Below, piece after piece: positions 27,201 to 35,860 of a stretch of DNA of 64,000 bases; position 1 is the first letter of the stretch, and every line of letters begins with the position of its first letter. Both the position numbers and the translations under genes were made by a program. Origin of the DNA: a virus. Location: IMG/VR virus record IMGVR_UViG_3300004151_000008, positions 2,232 through 66,231 of that record, one strand, 5' to 3'. The notes beneath the pieces are model-generated. The model was not told the origin of the DNA, searched no databases, and saw nothing but the letters and a program-made list of their open reading frames with translations.

Positions 27201-27392
27201 CACCTACTTACATCCATCCATGATGAGTTGGTTTTTGCTGTCCACAATTCTGTGCTTGAAGAACGTATTCCAAAACTTCATGCTTGTATAACAGCACCAT
27301 ATGCTGATATGGAGATTGAATTGGAATCAACCCCAGAAGTCGGAACGCATTTTGGTAGTTTGAAGAAATATTCTCTTGACAAAGATAAATAA
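24300..27392 (+). CDS. polA: Family A DNA polymerase with fused 5'-3' nuclease and 3'-5' exonuclease domains
   Basis: N-terminal R......YKANR, EGDD, TGDKD, GD.SD; ExoI LDYET; motif A DESGQELR; motif B GKLVGFATQY; motif C IHDELV. Confidence 0.92.
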   Translation: MKLIVDTASILGRFMHTTDPEFGIDMVHDGKKFHIPSFETCMERVEVTFEKTLREQSLRWTDVILVLEQSGTGAARKKICPTYKANRESRPKEFYNVFNQLVTEFSEFAMRKGAVTAVSTQIPQVEGDDLAAEICKRFPETILFTGDKDLLAAEATHHLLWDELDPVRYPAPRELIVLYRCLVTGDTSDGIKSCKGFGEKAWLELKQLIGWEGLHELDKMFQEKRLHELAEDVPHMKKLQLLIDQAEDLYMSYKLMQPMHVPAHKVRWSARVTDCSKVLVTAENFERCKGEVIEELSRCSHVTLDYETSTPPESDAWVEQTDGGIKVDVISSEITGMSLKINDSTYYFSVDHRNTDNIKLKDLESILLLIKDKEVYAQNLLNFENVVTHNTFGFMLENAYDTRIMANYCFENDFQGLKHLSKVHLNYDQQSYETTLAKASEESGFECKKMRDITGDQVLAYAIDDAITTDSIRNLLHCIMLYENTWEVFKQVEQKAGLVTSLAFCKGVDFDWDVYYRLKEENDANTIRAKAELESMLLEVGWGELEFKPFLVLTGKTVKELYQMVMGYELETKARSVGSVVEAIEEIMEGNYPLEIPEADEDNKKLSTVISAVSEGIEAVNALAEKYWVPRAELNTRSPTQVKTLLYDVLNCPVRIRNPATDVMRKKGIWEGSPSTDDTAIANAIAYLDTHKDGIAVLQKLVELKGYLTRESLFLAKYPLFCHWKTGKLHSNMSQSNTTTRRFTHSAANYAQLSKKKGKEMRDMLTVPKDWSIVALDESGQELRVAAWSTREPNFLSCYMGTPEQRRDVHSLVGLQIMLRDSDPKYKTYEDFKNAVDAEDPDAKSCRVTGKLVGFATQYLCRAKKLSQELCCSERDAQEFMEAKAKAFPRLGPAIDEWIELCRKRGYSETFLGARRHLHKQFAMKSEGEQASAGRLAWSFRVQGSSAEMIKLVMGYCWERGLIDEHCHLLTSIHDELVFAVHNSVLEERIPKLHACITAPYADMEIELESTPEVGTHFGSLKKYSLDKDK

Positions 27393-27404
27393 TTGATGTA
27401 CATT
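27376..27404 (+). promoter_or_regulatory. Sigma70-like promoter for the RHH/HNH cassette
   Basis: TTGACA-17-TACATT with extended -10 TG, then GGAGATATAAAA-ATG. Confidence 0.65.
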
Positions 27405-27416
27405 GGAGATATAAAA

Positions 27417-27623
27417 ATGATTAGAACAAACTTTTATTTGACTCAGAAGCAGATTGATTACTTGAAATCTATAAAGAAAGATAACGGTACTAATGCTTCA
27501 GAGACAATACGTCAACTTATAAACTCAAAGATTGAGGAGTTAGATGAGCGCCCCCCTAAAGATAGGTCAACCGAAACTTCGATGGAATTGCAAGCTGCCT
27601 CAGAGCCAATCAGTAAAAAATAG
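27417..27623 (+). CDS. Ribbon-helix-helix (CopG-like) protein
   Basis: MIRTNFYLTQKQIDYLKSIKKDNGTNASETIRQLI. Confidence 0.75.
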   Translation: MIRTNFYLTQKQIDYLKSIKKDNGTNASETIRQLINSKIEELDERPPKDRSTETSMELQAASEPISKK

Positions 27624-28197
27624 ATATAGGAATGACCCAGTAGCTATAAGGTTAAGAGAGGAAGGACTTACCCAGGATACGCTTAGAATTCTTTTCAGCT
27701 ATGATCCAGATACTGGTTTCTTAACTCATAATCTGAGTCGTGGGGTTAAAAAAGTTGGGGAAAGGGCTGGCTCTCCAAACGGTGGAGGGTATTGGGCAGT
27801 TCATATTAGTGGATTTGGCAGTATCAAAGCACACAGGGTTATCTGGTGCCACAAAGAAGGATATTTTCCTGAACAAGAGATCGACCATGAAAATGGGGAT
27901 AAGTGTGACAACCGGTGGGCGAATTTGAGGTTAGTTAGCAAGTCCTGTAATCTTAGAAACTCTTGTGTATACGCTACTAACTCTTCAGGAGTAAAGGGGG
28001 TAGGTTGGAACAAGAGGACTCAAGTATGGGTAGTTAGAATAGAAAGTGAAGGCAAACCTATTTATGTTGGTAGACATAAAGACTTCACCGAGGCAGTCTG
28101 CCACAGATTCGCTATTGAACAATCATTAAATTGGAACGATTGTGACGCGAACTCAAGTGCTTATCAATATTTAAAGCAACAAGGAATAATCAAATGA
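27544..28197 (+). CDS. HNH homing endonuclease, paralogue of 11823-12470
   Basis: LFSYDPDTG...AHRVIW...IDHENGDKCDNRWANLR; both share a C-terminal DFTEAV.HR.A.EQ...AYQY. Confidence 0.9.
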   Translation: MSAPLKIGQPKLRWNCKLPQSQSVKNRYRNDPVAIRLREEGLTQDTLRILFSYDPDTGFLTHNLSRGVKKVGERAGSPNGGGYWAVHISGFGSIKAHRVIWCHKEGYFPEQEIDHENGDKCDNRWANLRLVSKSCNLRNSCVYATNSSGVKGVGWNKRTQVWVVRIESEGKPIYVGRHKDFTEAVCHRFAIEQSLNWNDCDANSSAYQYLKQQGIIK

Positions 28198-28673
28198 TCA
28201 CCCTAGTTCTCGATCCGGGCCGCGCGGGAGCTATCGCAGTCTTTGATGACCTAACAGTAATCAACATCCTCAGTATCCCTCAAGTAAAGTGGGGGTCAAA
28301 ACAAACACTGCCAGATACCAAACAAGTGTCTGCAATTTTTAAGCAGTATAACCCAGAGATTATAGTAATCGAAAGGGTAACTTCAGCCCCAACAGATGGG
28401 CGTGTAAGTGCCTCCAACTTTCTCATGGGCTTTGGCATACTCATTGGCTGCGCCTCTGACTATAGATTAGAGTATATAAGGCCGCAAATTTGGAAAGTTC
28501 TTTGTGGTTTAAGAAACTCTGATAAAAAAGCGTCAATTGCTAAAGCATTAGAACTCCATCCAGAAGCTGAACCCTTTCTCACAGGACAAAAGAATATCAA
28601 TGACCGTGCCGATAGTGTGTGCATGGGGCATGCCTTTCTAAAATACAAGGAGAAACTACATGGCTTGGTGTGA
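28194..28673 (+). CDS. RuvC-like Holliday junction resolvase
   Basis: LVLDPG..GAIA, IERV, P..WK, DRADS. Confidence 0.8.
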   Translation: MITLVLDPGRAGAIAVFDDLTVINILSIPQVKWGSKQTLPDTKQVSAIFKQYNPEIIVIERVTSAPTDGRVSASNFLMGFGILIGCASDYRLEYIRPQIWKVLCGLRNSDKKASIAKALELHPEAEPFLTGQKNINDRADSVCMGHAFLKYKEKLHGLV

Positions 28674-28980
28674 CGTGTGTGAATATGAGAACTTGGGGTT
28701 GTCTGAACTTCATGGACCCAAGAAACAAAACTTAACCCCCACTACTACTACTGAACTAAACAGAGAAACTAAAATGAACAAACTCTACATAGGTAAATGC
28801 TCTAAAGGGTTAGTCATATTTATGTCAGTCGCAAATACTCCATTAGAGCAAGCAGACTGCGCAAAGGACATTAAAAATCTTATAAAGAAAGGGTTTAGTG
28901 TTGAGCTGGTTGATGCAGACCCTACAGCACCAGCTCCTGAATGGTGCTATGAAGCCAGATGTCAGAGGTGCTTGAGATGA
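28660..28980 (+). CDS. Hypothetical protein (start may be 28774)
   Basis: ORF in operon context. Confidence 0.45.
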   Translation: MAWCDVCEYENLGLSELHGPKKQNLTPTTTTELNRETKMNKLYIGKCSKGLVIFMSVANTPLEQADCAKDIKNLIKKGFSVELVDADPTAPAPEWCYEARCQRCLR

Positions 28981-29180
28981 GCAAATACTATGAGGCTGAT
29001 GGCTACCCTAAGAAATGCCCTAAATGTAGATGCAAGAAGATAGACTCTAAAGTATGGGATACAATTAATGGTATCGTGTGTGAGGAAGAGTTTATTTGTA
29101 CAAGCTGTGGAGTTACAGTAGCTTATTGGGCGTATGGTTACTTTGGTCCTAACTATCAAGATGTAGATTGGAGGAAATGA
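28977..29180 (+). CDS. Zinc-ribbon protein
   Basis: CPKC...CTSCG. Confidence 0.55.
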   Translation: MSKYYEADGYPKKCPKCRCKKIDSKVWDTINGIVCEEEFICTSCGVTVAYWAYGYFGPNYQDVDWRK

Positions 29181-29181
29181 G

Positions 29182-29490
29182 ATGAAAGCAATTTTAAAAA
29201 GAGGACGTGAGCATAAAGATTTACATTGCACTGAGTTTACCTATACCACCAACTGGGAGTATTATGTTTTAGTAGCCGATGCTCAGTTAAATGATTGTCC
29301 AAAGATAAAAGAAATGGTTGAGCAAAAAGCACAGCGCACCCTAAACAAAGAGCTGTATGGCCCTATCACAGAGGATCTTCTCAATATCTTGGGTATGGTG
29401 CGAGATATTAGACCACGGGATTATGTGAATGAGGGAAGATTGAGGGAGTTAGAAGTAGCAATTGAACAAGCACTGGAGAAATTGAGATGA
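29182..29490 (+). CDS. Hypothetical protein
   Basis: GGAGG RBS. Confidence 0.6.
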   Translation: MKAILKRGREHKDLHCTEFTYTTNWEYYVLVADAQLNDCPKIKEMVEQKAQRTLNKELYGPITEDLLNILGMVRDIRPRDYVNEGRLRELEVAIEQALEKLR

Positions 29491-29756
29491 CTGATAAAGA
29501 CCTACTAGAAGCATACACTATCAAGCTTATGCTGAACGAACCCTTAACACTGCAAGAATTAATAAACTCACATCGAACTATACGACAAGAGTATGGAGAT
29601 ATGTGGAGGAATAGACTAGAGGTGTTGTCTGAAGCAAGACAGCTTGGTTATGAACAGGGTCTTAGGAAGGTTACTGAAGACTTCGTTTCTTGGGATGATC
29701 TGAGCAAAATGACAATAACAGAGATAGTAAAAAAGTTGGAGCATTATGTTGACTAA
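29487..29756 (+). CDS. Hypothetical protein
   Basis: ATGA overlap. Confidence 0.55.
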   Translation: MTDKDLLEAYTIKLMLNEPLTLQELINSHRTIRQEYGDMWRNRLEVLSEARQLGYEQGLRKVTEDFVSWDDLSKMTITEIVKKLEHYVD

Positions 29757-29931
29757 CAAAACACCAAATCCAGGAAGTCCGGAAGCAATAAAGATTGGAT
29801 GTAAATGCCCCCGCTGTGATAACAGACATGGCCTTGGGGTATATGAGGATGAAGATGGTAAACCCTTATTCTGGATAAGTGGTAATTGCCCCATTCATGG
29901 AATGGAGTTGAGGGAAGAGGAAAATGAGTGA
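29746..29931 (+). CDS. Small Cys-rich phage protein (PGS.EA...GC.CP..DN..G.G)
   Basis: Motif common in small phage ORFs; GGAG RBS. Confidence 0.65.
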   Translation: MLTNKTPNPGSPEAIKIGCKCPRCDNRHGLGVYEDEDGKPLFWISGNCPIHGMELREEENE

Positions 29932-30400
29932 CGAAAAATTTGCCAAGAGTGCTAATATTCTAAAACCTAATAAAACTAGTTTGGCTAAAAGAGACAGTAG
30001 CAACCCTGCCTGGAAGGGGGATAAAGTAGGTTACGCTGGTATTCATGATTATGTTAGGTCTAGAAAATATAAACCTGAGTTATGTGAGTGTTGTGGTAAA
30101 ACTGCTCCTATAGATTTAGCCAATAAGAGTGGCGAGTATAAAAGGGATTTAAATGATTGGGAGTATCTATGTAGAAAATGTCATATGGACAAGGATGGGA
30201 GAAACGCTAAATTGAGAAGTTCAGGTAAAAGCAGAAAATTACCTGATGTAGAGTGTGTGAACTGCGGCAGGCTCTTTCACAGAAATTCTGGGATGCAAAC
30301 GGCTAAATTTTGTTCAAGAGAGTGTTACTTTACAAGAAAATCTATTTTGGCTGTTCAAATCTCTAACACGAAAGCTCTATTGGAGGAAGGAGAAAAATGA
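29924..30400 (+). CDS. HNH/NUMOD-like endonuclease-related protein with C-terminal zinc finger
   Basis: WKGDKVGY..IH.YV...CECCG...DLAN....Y...WEYLCRKCH; CVNCG...FCSRECY. Confidence 0.7.
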   Translation: MSDEKFAKSANILKPNKTSLAKRDSSNPAWKGDKVGYAGIHDYVRSRKYKPELCECCGKTAPIDLANKSGEYKRDLNDWEYLCRKCHMDKDGRNAKLRSSGKSRKLPDVECVNCGRLFHRNSGMQTAKFCSRECYFTRKSILAVQISNTKALLEEGEK

Positions 30401-30903
30401 AACGACGTAACTATTGGGTAATTGCTGACACCCACTTTTCGCATGACAAGCTAGTGAAGTCTGGCTACAGGAAAGAAGGGTTTGAAACGAGAATCCTTGC
30501 TAACATGGGTAAGGTTGTTAAAAAGGATGACATTGTCATTCACTTAGGAGATGTCTCGTTTTACAAACATCGGTATTGGCATTGGCTGTTTACAAGCTTT
30601 GGCTGCAAATGCTACCTTGTAAAAGGCAATCATGATAAACAGACCAACTCTTGGTATCTGTCTAATGGTTGGGACTTTGTTGCTGACTCTTTTACACTAG
30701 ATATCTATGGTAGGAAGATTTTGTTCACTCATGTACCAGTTGCTGAGAAAGACAACTTTGATGTAAACTGCCACGGCCACCTGCATAACCTCCACTGGAG
30801 AGAGGACAGTAGGAAGAGTTTCAACTGTCTGGTTCAGATTGAAGATACCTTGGCCCCTGTAAATCTAAACAGCTTAATTGATAACTATGCTAAAAATAAC
30901 TAA
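30397..30903 (+). CDS. Calcineurin-like metallophosphoesterase
   Basis: DTHFSH, HLGD, GNHD, THVP, HGHLH. Confidence 0.88.
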   Translation: MKRRNYWVIADTHFSHDKLVKSGYRKEGFETRILANMGKVVKKDDIVIHLGDVSFYKHRYWHWLFTSFGCKCYLVKGNHDKQTNSWYLSNGWDFVADSFTLDIYGRKILFTHVPVAEKDNFDVNCHGHLHNLHWREDSRKSFNCLVQIEDTLAPVNLNSLIDNYAKNN

Positions 30904-32137
30904 CTTTCAAAGTCACACTAACTCTGAGCTTGATATTTTACCTAACGCTGTCAATGTCATTGTTGGTGAAACAGACGCTGGTAAGTCAGCGATCATACGC
31001 TCGATTGAGTTGCTGGCTCGGAATCGCCCATCAGGTGACAAGTACAGAACTCATGGAACGAAAGAGACGAGAGTAGAGTGGAAAGGCGTAACCAGAGTCA
31101 GAGACAACACTGCTGGCAGTTATATAGTTGATGGGGTTGAGTACAAAGCGTTGAGATCAGAAGTGCCCCGACAGGTGACTGAAAAGTTGCAATTGTCAGA
31201 GATTAACTTCCGACCTCAACATGCTGCATACTTCCTTCTCAATGACTCTCCTGGATCCGTAGCAAGGGCTATGAACGAGCTTGCTGACCTCGGCCTGATC
31301 GACTATACTACCGCTGAGATAAAGCGTCAGAAGGGGCAAAATGCGGCTCTTATCGAGGTCAAAGCTAAAGACTTAGAAAAGAAAGAGGAAGAGGTCAAAA
31401 GCCTTGCCTGGGCAGTTGACGCTGACGTTGACCTCGCTGTTATTGAGGAAGTTGAATCAGCCAGAGAGTTAACCATTAAGATGGTTGATGAGTTGTCCAG
31501 TATTACCAGACAACTCCAAGAGCTGGAAGATAGACTTAACAGTTATCCTGACTTCGACAGCAGCAAGGTCGATGATAGGATTGTTGAGCTTAAAGACACC
31601 ACTCTTGATGTGATTAGCAGATTAGTGAGTGAGGCCGAGAGTTGTTTAGTTAAGCTGGATAGTTATCCTGACTTTGATGGAGAAAGGTTGTCAGAAATTT
31701 ATACACAAATTTCTGACAATCAACTCGCCGAGATGATCCAAATCATTGACAAGTTAGAGGAATATGACAATGATTTGAGACTCTGCCCTGACCCTGCAGA
31801 TGACATTGCTGTGTTAGGTGGAGTTAAGTTTGCAGACTCTGTTGAGTTGAAGGAGTTGCTGTTTAAGATTGAAGAGATTGAATCACGTACTTGGCCTGAT
31901 AATGATTGGGCTGCTGACATTGAGGAGATAGAGATGAGAGTAAATGATTGGAATACTTTGTGGGAGAGGAAGGAACAACTAACTGAGTTAATGGATTATC
32001 TTAACAGGTATAGTAGCCTGATTGATGAGGGTGTTCTTGCAGAAGAGCAGGCTACAGAGATTTTCAACAACCTCCTTGAAGAGTGTGGTGTTTGCCCTCT
32101 TTGTAATGAGAAGTGTGGAGGTGGTCATGGAAAATGA
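30887..32137 (+). CDS. Rad50/SbcC-like ATPase, N-terminal half (Walker A, coiled coil, Zn hook)
   Basis: ITNFQSH, IVGETDAGKSAI, ends with CPLC; no Walker B. Confidence 0.85.
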   Translation: MLKITNFQSHTNSELDILPNAVNVIVGETDAGKSAIIRSIELLARNRPSGDKYRTHGTKETRVEWKGVTRVRDNTAGSYIVDGVEYKALRSEVPRQVTEKLQLSEINFRPQHAAYFLLNDSPGSVARAMNELADLGLIDYTTAEIKRQKGQNAALIEVKAKDLEKKEEEVKSLAWAVDADVDLAVIEEVESARELTIKMVDELSSITRQLQELEDRLNSYPDFDSSKVDDRIVELKDTTLDVISRLVSEAESCLVKLDSYPDFDGERLSEIYTQISDNQLAEMIQIIDKLEEYDNDLRLCPDPADDIAVLGGVKFADSVELKELLFKIEEIESRTWPDNDWAADIEEIEMRVNDWNTLWERKEQLTELMDYLNRYSSLIDEGVLAEEQATEIFNNLLEECGVCPLCNEKCGGGHGK

Positions 32138-32300
32138 GATTTGTACAACTATTACCTTTCGTAATGAGAACGGGGAGTACTCTGTAAAGCAATACAGAGA
32201 TGAGATGGATATTTACACTGTTGTTGAGGATCTTATAATTCCTGTATTGCTTGCGGCTGGTTATTCAAGAGAAGTAATTACTAAAGCTTTGGGGGAGTAG
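32127..32300 (+). CDS. Small hypothetical protein
   Basis: GGAGG RBS before ATG 32127. Confidence 0.6.
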   Translation: MENEICTTITFRNENGEYSVKQYRDEMDIYTVVEDLIIPVLLAAGYSREVITKALGE

Positions 32301-32303
32301 GGA

Positions 32304-33179
32304 ATGAAACTTATCAATGCTGCTGACCTTCACCTTACCCATAAGACACCTCTTGGGCGTAAGGATAACTATGCTGAGACTTGCCTAGGAAAACTAAAAC
32401 AATTAGTTGACTATGCAAATATTGATGAGACAGACATCACCATTACAGGGGATGTGTTTGATCAGCCAAACAACCCTATCTGGTTTGTCAACAGAGTCAT
32501 TGCTGTACTTAAAGAATCCAAGTCCACTATCTACGCAATTGCTGGCAATCACGACCTAAAGTATCATGTGCTTGATAACATCAGAGAGAGCAGCTTATGG
32601 AATCTGGTTGAAGCCGGAGCTGTTATCATTCCACCAAGAGAATGTAATTTATTCTATGGGGTAGCTGCTAAATTTTGTAATTTTGGAGAACTACCAGAGA
32701 GTCCCCCCATAGAGGGAGTCAAGAACATCCTCATCCTCCATACTCCTGTCTTTGGTGAAGTTCCTTTCTACATGCCAAATGCTGATACTCCTGAGAGTCT
32801 GGAGAAGAAGTATCCAGGATATGATTATTACTTAGTTGGTGATATTCATCAAAGCCTCATCACTGACAAGGTTATTAACCCCGGCTCGATGATGAGAATG
32901 ACAAGAGCCCAGAAAGAGCATAAGCCTTGTTTCGTAGAGCTAGACACTGACACAGGCGAGAAAACAATTCATTACTTTCAGATAGAAGAAGATGTTTGGA
33001 AGACTGACTTTGTTGCTGAAGTCGAGGATGGTTTCTCAGAAGGGTTGCAGGAATTGTCTGAGGTTCTGGTTGCAAGGGGGGAGAAGTTGAGTTATAAAGA
33101 CACTGTCACTGCCATGGCTGGGAACGAAGAAATTAAACTTAAATTTATGGGGATTATGGAAGGGTATAAGAATGACTGA
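32304..33179 (+). CDS. Mre11/SbcD-like nuclease
   Basis: DLHL, GDVFD, GNHD, ILHT, GDIH, NPGS. Confidence 0.9.
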   Translation: MKLINAADLHLTHKTPLGRKDNYAETCLGKLKQLVDYANIDETDITITGDVFDQPNNPIWFVNRVIAVLKESKSTIYAIAGNHDLKYHVLDNIRESSLWNLVEAGAVIIPPRECNLFYGVAAKFCNFGELPESPPIEGVKNILILHTPVFGEVPFYMPNADTPESLEKKYPGYDYYLVGDIHQSLITDKVINPGSMMRMTRAQKEHKPCFVELDTDTGEKTIHYFQIEEDVWKTDFVAEVEDGFSEGLQELSEVLVARGEKLSYKDTVTAMAGNEEIKLKFMGIMEGYKND

Positions 33180-33414
33180 TATTCTAAAAGAGTTAGAGAC
33201 CGCTAAAAAGAAGTTGCAGGAGCTTGAGCGGGAGCGTAACAAAGTAGAAGGTATGCACGCCCAACTACTTGATCAGCTTAAAGCTAAAGGTTTCAACACC
33301 TTGGAAGAAGGAAAAGCTGAGGTAGTGAGATTGACAGAACTCCGAGCACAGCAAGAGCAAGAGGCTGAAGCACTGCTTGCTGAGTTTAAAGAGAAATATA
33401 AACTGTTTCTATGA
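33172..33414 (+). CDS. 80-aa coiled-coil protein
   Basis: Heptad-rich E/K/L/Q composition. Confidence 0.7.
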   Translation: MTDILKELETAKKKLQELERERNKVEGMHAQLLDQLKAKGFNTLEEGKAEVVRLTELRAQQEQEAEALLAEFKEKYKLFL

Positions 33415-33425
33415 GAGGTGAATAA

Positions 33426-33581
33426 ATGTTGACAGTAATATTTAGTTTAATATTCTACACTTATGATCTGCTAATGCCAAGCTGGGTAGAAAAAACTATT
33501 TTTATAAGTGTATTAATAATTGACCTCGTTCTTGAAACCTGTGGATTGATTGCTCTGTACAACCTATTTACTCGGTTATGA
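33426..33581 (+). CDS. 51-aa membrane protein (absent from the ORF track)
   Basis: GAGGTG RBS; two hydrophobic segments; ATGA overlap with the next gene. Confidence 0.55.
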   Translation: MLTVIFSLIFYTYDLLMPSWVEKTIFISVLIIDLVLETCGLIALYNLFTRL

Positions 33582-34183
33582 TCTCTGCTTATAGAAGTAA
33601 AATCAATGAAAAACTCAGCTCCCTAAAAACTGCCAAAGCAAATGCCAGCGGCCTTGTTGAAGAAATAGAACAACTCAATAAGGATAAGTCCGAATTAAAT
33701 GAGATGCTTGCTATCTCAAGGAAGGCTGCTGGCATTGTTCAGGATAAGTTAGGATCAAGGTTGGCGACCATTGTAACGAAGGCGCTAAAGATTGTACTGC
33801 AAAAAGACCTTGAGTTCGTTATCGAGTTTGTTGAACGTAGAGGTGTAAGCGAGGCTGACCTTTATGTAAGAGACAGCGAAGGTCATGAGTATGATATTTT
33901 AGATTCAAGAGGCGGTGGACTTGCTGATGTAGTGAGCCTTGCTCTGCAGCTTGCTTTCATACTCATCAGCGATACGAGTCGTTACCTTATTGTGGATGAA
34001 CTCGCTAGGCACTTGTCAGTTGATATGCAGGAAAGATTTGCAGCAGTACTTAAAAACCTCTGCAAAGAGTTCAACTTTACAGTCATTGCTGTTACTCATG
34101 CACCAGCTTTTGTAGAAGTTGCTGACCGTATCTTTGAAGTTACTTTAACCGATGAAGGAAGGAGTGAGATAAATGAAAGATGA
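33578..34183 (+). CDS. Rad50/SbcC-like ATPase, C-terminal half (signature, Walker B, H-loop)
   Basis: SRGGG, YLIVDE, VIAVTH. Confidence 0.85.
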   Translation: MISAYRSKINEKLSSLKTAKANASGLVEEIEQLNKDKSELNEMLAISRKAAGIVQDKLGSRLATIVTKALKIVLQKDLEFVIEFVERRGVSEADLYVRDSEGHEYDILDSRGGGLADVVSLALQLAFILISDTSRYLIVDELARHLSVDMQERFAAVLKNLCKEFNFTVIAVTHAPAFVEVADRIFEVTLTDEGRSEINER

Positions 34184-34336
34184 ATATACACTTGATAAAG
34201 CAATTTGCAAATGTCATCCACATTCAGCCTGTGGTTGCGCGAAGTTCATGATTCGTAGAAACGGTAAAGAGTACGTTCGTTTATTTAGCAAAGTCAAAGC
34301 TGAGAAGATTGTCAAAGCTCTTAACAGAGGAGATGA

Positions 34337-34540
34337 ATGATGGAAGTTACACAGGTAAAGACAAAGAAACTAGAGTTAGAGAAAGAGCTGTATAGGTTGA
34401 TTACTGAGTTTGAGAGTGAGACTGGAGTTTGTGTTACTAATGTGGATATACCGTCAATCCGCAAGTATGTAGAAATAGGTGGAATTATTAGTTATTATAG
34501 AGAACATAAATTAACTGCCAGTGTAGAGGTCAAGTCATGA
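34337..34540 (+). CDS. Hypothetical protein
   Basis: GAGGAG RBS. Confidence 0.55.
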   Translation: MMEVTQVKTKKLELEKELYRLITEFESETGVCVTNVDIPSIRKYVEIGGIISYYREHKLTASVEVKS

Positions 34541-34693
34541 GGTACGAATATGAAATAGACGAGATTATGTTTGCTGTGTTTGAGCTTTCAAGATACGCAG
34601 ATGTGCCTGCGGCGCGTATACTAGACGCGCTATCCCCAGCAGTGTTTGACGAGAATGAGTTAGATTACATTAATAAAAATTGGGACGTTAAGA

Positions 34694-35014
34694 GTGAAGG
34701 ATAACCAAGGAAGTAAATTTGATAATGGAAAGCTGGACTGGTATGTACTCCCTTTAGAAATCCTTGAACCTCTAGTAGAAGTTATGAAAGCGGGGGAGAA
34801 GAAGTACGGAACTTTTAACTGCCTTCAACCTTTTGATGACCCGGACAGAAGATTCTGGAGTGCTAACCTACGACACGCCAAGGCTTGTCAACATGATCCT
34901 CTAGCCAAGGATGAAGAAACAGGGTGCTATCATGAGGCGGCTAGGGCGTTTTCATCTTTGATGAGAATCTACCACTGTAAAAAGTTGAGGGAACAAGAGA
35001 ATGGAACTAATTGA
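34694..35014 (+). CDS. DUF5664-type dATP/dGTP diphosphohydrolase domain protein
   Basis: G.KFD.GK..W...P......V.VM..G..KYG..N...RH....DEETG..H. Confidence 0.8.
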   Translation: MKDNQGSKFDNGKLDWYVLPLEILEPLVEVMKAGEKKYGTFNCLQPFDDPDRRFWSANLRHAKACQHDPLAKDEETGCYHEAARAFSSLMRIYHCKKLREQENGTN

Positions 35015-35858
35015 GCAATCACACAAAATCTGGGGTATCAGCCCATCGACCTATGATGAGGCAATGTTATGGATCGAGCGAGCGGCAAGGAATTGTTATG
35101 CTAGTCAAGATAAGATCAAACCTGGGTCTGCTGAGAAGTTGATTGACGGAATTATGAAGTCAGACCCACCTCATAGCAGTGTCCTTGAGCATGTTTCTAT
35201 TTATGCTATTAGGGAAGGTCAGATAGTACCATACGACCAATATTTTAAAAGCTGCTTGAAATCTAAATGGCTACATTCAGAATTCAATGAAATAGCCTTG
35301 AAAGGTGAGATGCGGGGTATAAAAGCCTACGGGAATCTCAGAGCTTGGATGGAAGCGTTGAGACTGAAACATCCAAGGGAAGTATATGCTTGGTTGGAAC
35401 AAAATGGATTTATCATCATTGACAACGCCACAGTTCCAGACTTTGCCAAGCGCATCACAGTAGAACTCACAACTGACCGGGCAGTGCTTGCAGAGATTAC
35501 GCGACACAGAGCCGATGTAGCTTTCTCAGTTGAGTCTCAGCGTTACGTTAACTACGATGATGGGATTACTTTTGTTAAACCTAGCTGGTATGTAGAGGTA
35601 GACTATTCAACTCAACACGAATTTGAGTACTGGTGTAGAGCTACAGAAAAAGAGTATAAAGAATTACGAGCAAAAGGACTACCACCTCAACACTCGCGTA
35701 TAGTGCTAAATCAGCAAGTAAAAACAACCATTGTTATGTCTGCATACTTGCCCGAGTGGGAGTGGATATTCAAGTTACGGACAGGGTCAGGGGCATATCC
35801 GCAGATGATTAACTTAATGCAGCCGGTTGAAGCTGAGTTTAAAGAGAGGGGTTGGTAG
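35001..35858 (+). CDS. thyX: Flavin-dependent thymidylate synthase
   Basis: H.SVLEH, EITRHR...FSVESQRYV, G.P.Q.SR, R....A.PQ. Confidence 0.9.
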   Translation: MELIEQSHKIWGISPSTYDEAMLWIERAARNCYASQDKIKPGSAEKLIDGIMKSDPPHSSVLEHVSIYAIREGQIVPYDQYFKSCLKSKWLHSEFNEIALKGEMRGIKAYGNLRAWMEALRLKHPREVYAWLEQNGFIIIDNATVPDFAKRITVELTTDRAVLAEITRHRADVAFSVESQRYVNYDDGITFVKPSWYVEVDYSTQHEFEYWCRATEKEYKELRAKGLPPQHSRIVLNQQVKTTIVMSAYLPEWEWIFKLRTGSGAYPQMINLMQPVEAEFKERGW

Positions 35859-35860
35859 CA

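Noticed and set aside
12455-27392. Inteins or introns in nrdJ, the helicase or polA
   Set aside because: Sizes are normal, motifs are contiguous, and no intein splice-junction or LAGLIDADG blocks were seen.
34694-35014. DUF5664 as evidence of a Z-genome or 7-deazaguanine pathway
   Set aside because: No PurZ, DpdA, QueC/D/E or FolE gene recognised in the window; the domain is widespread on its own.
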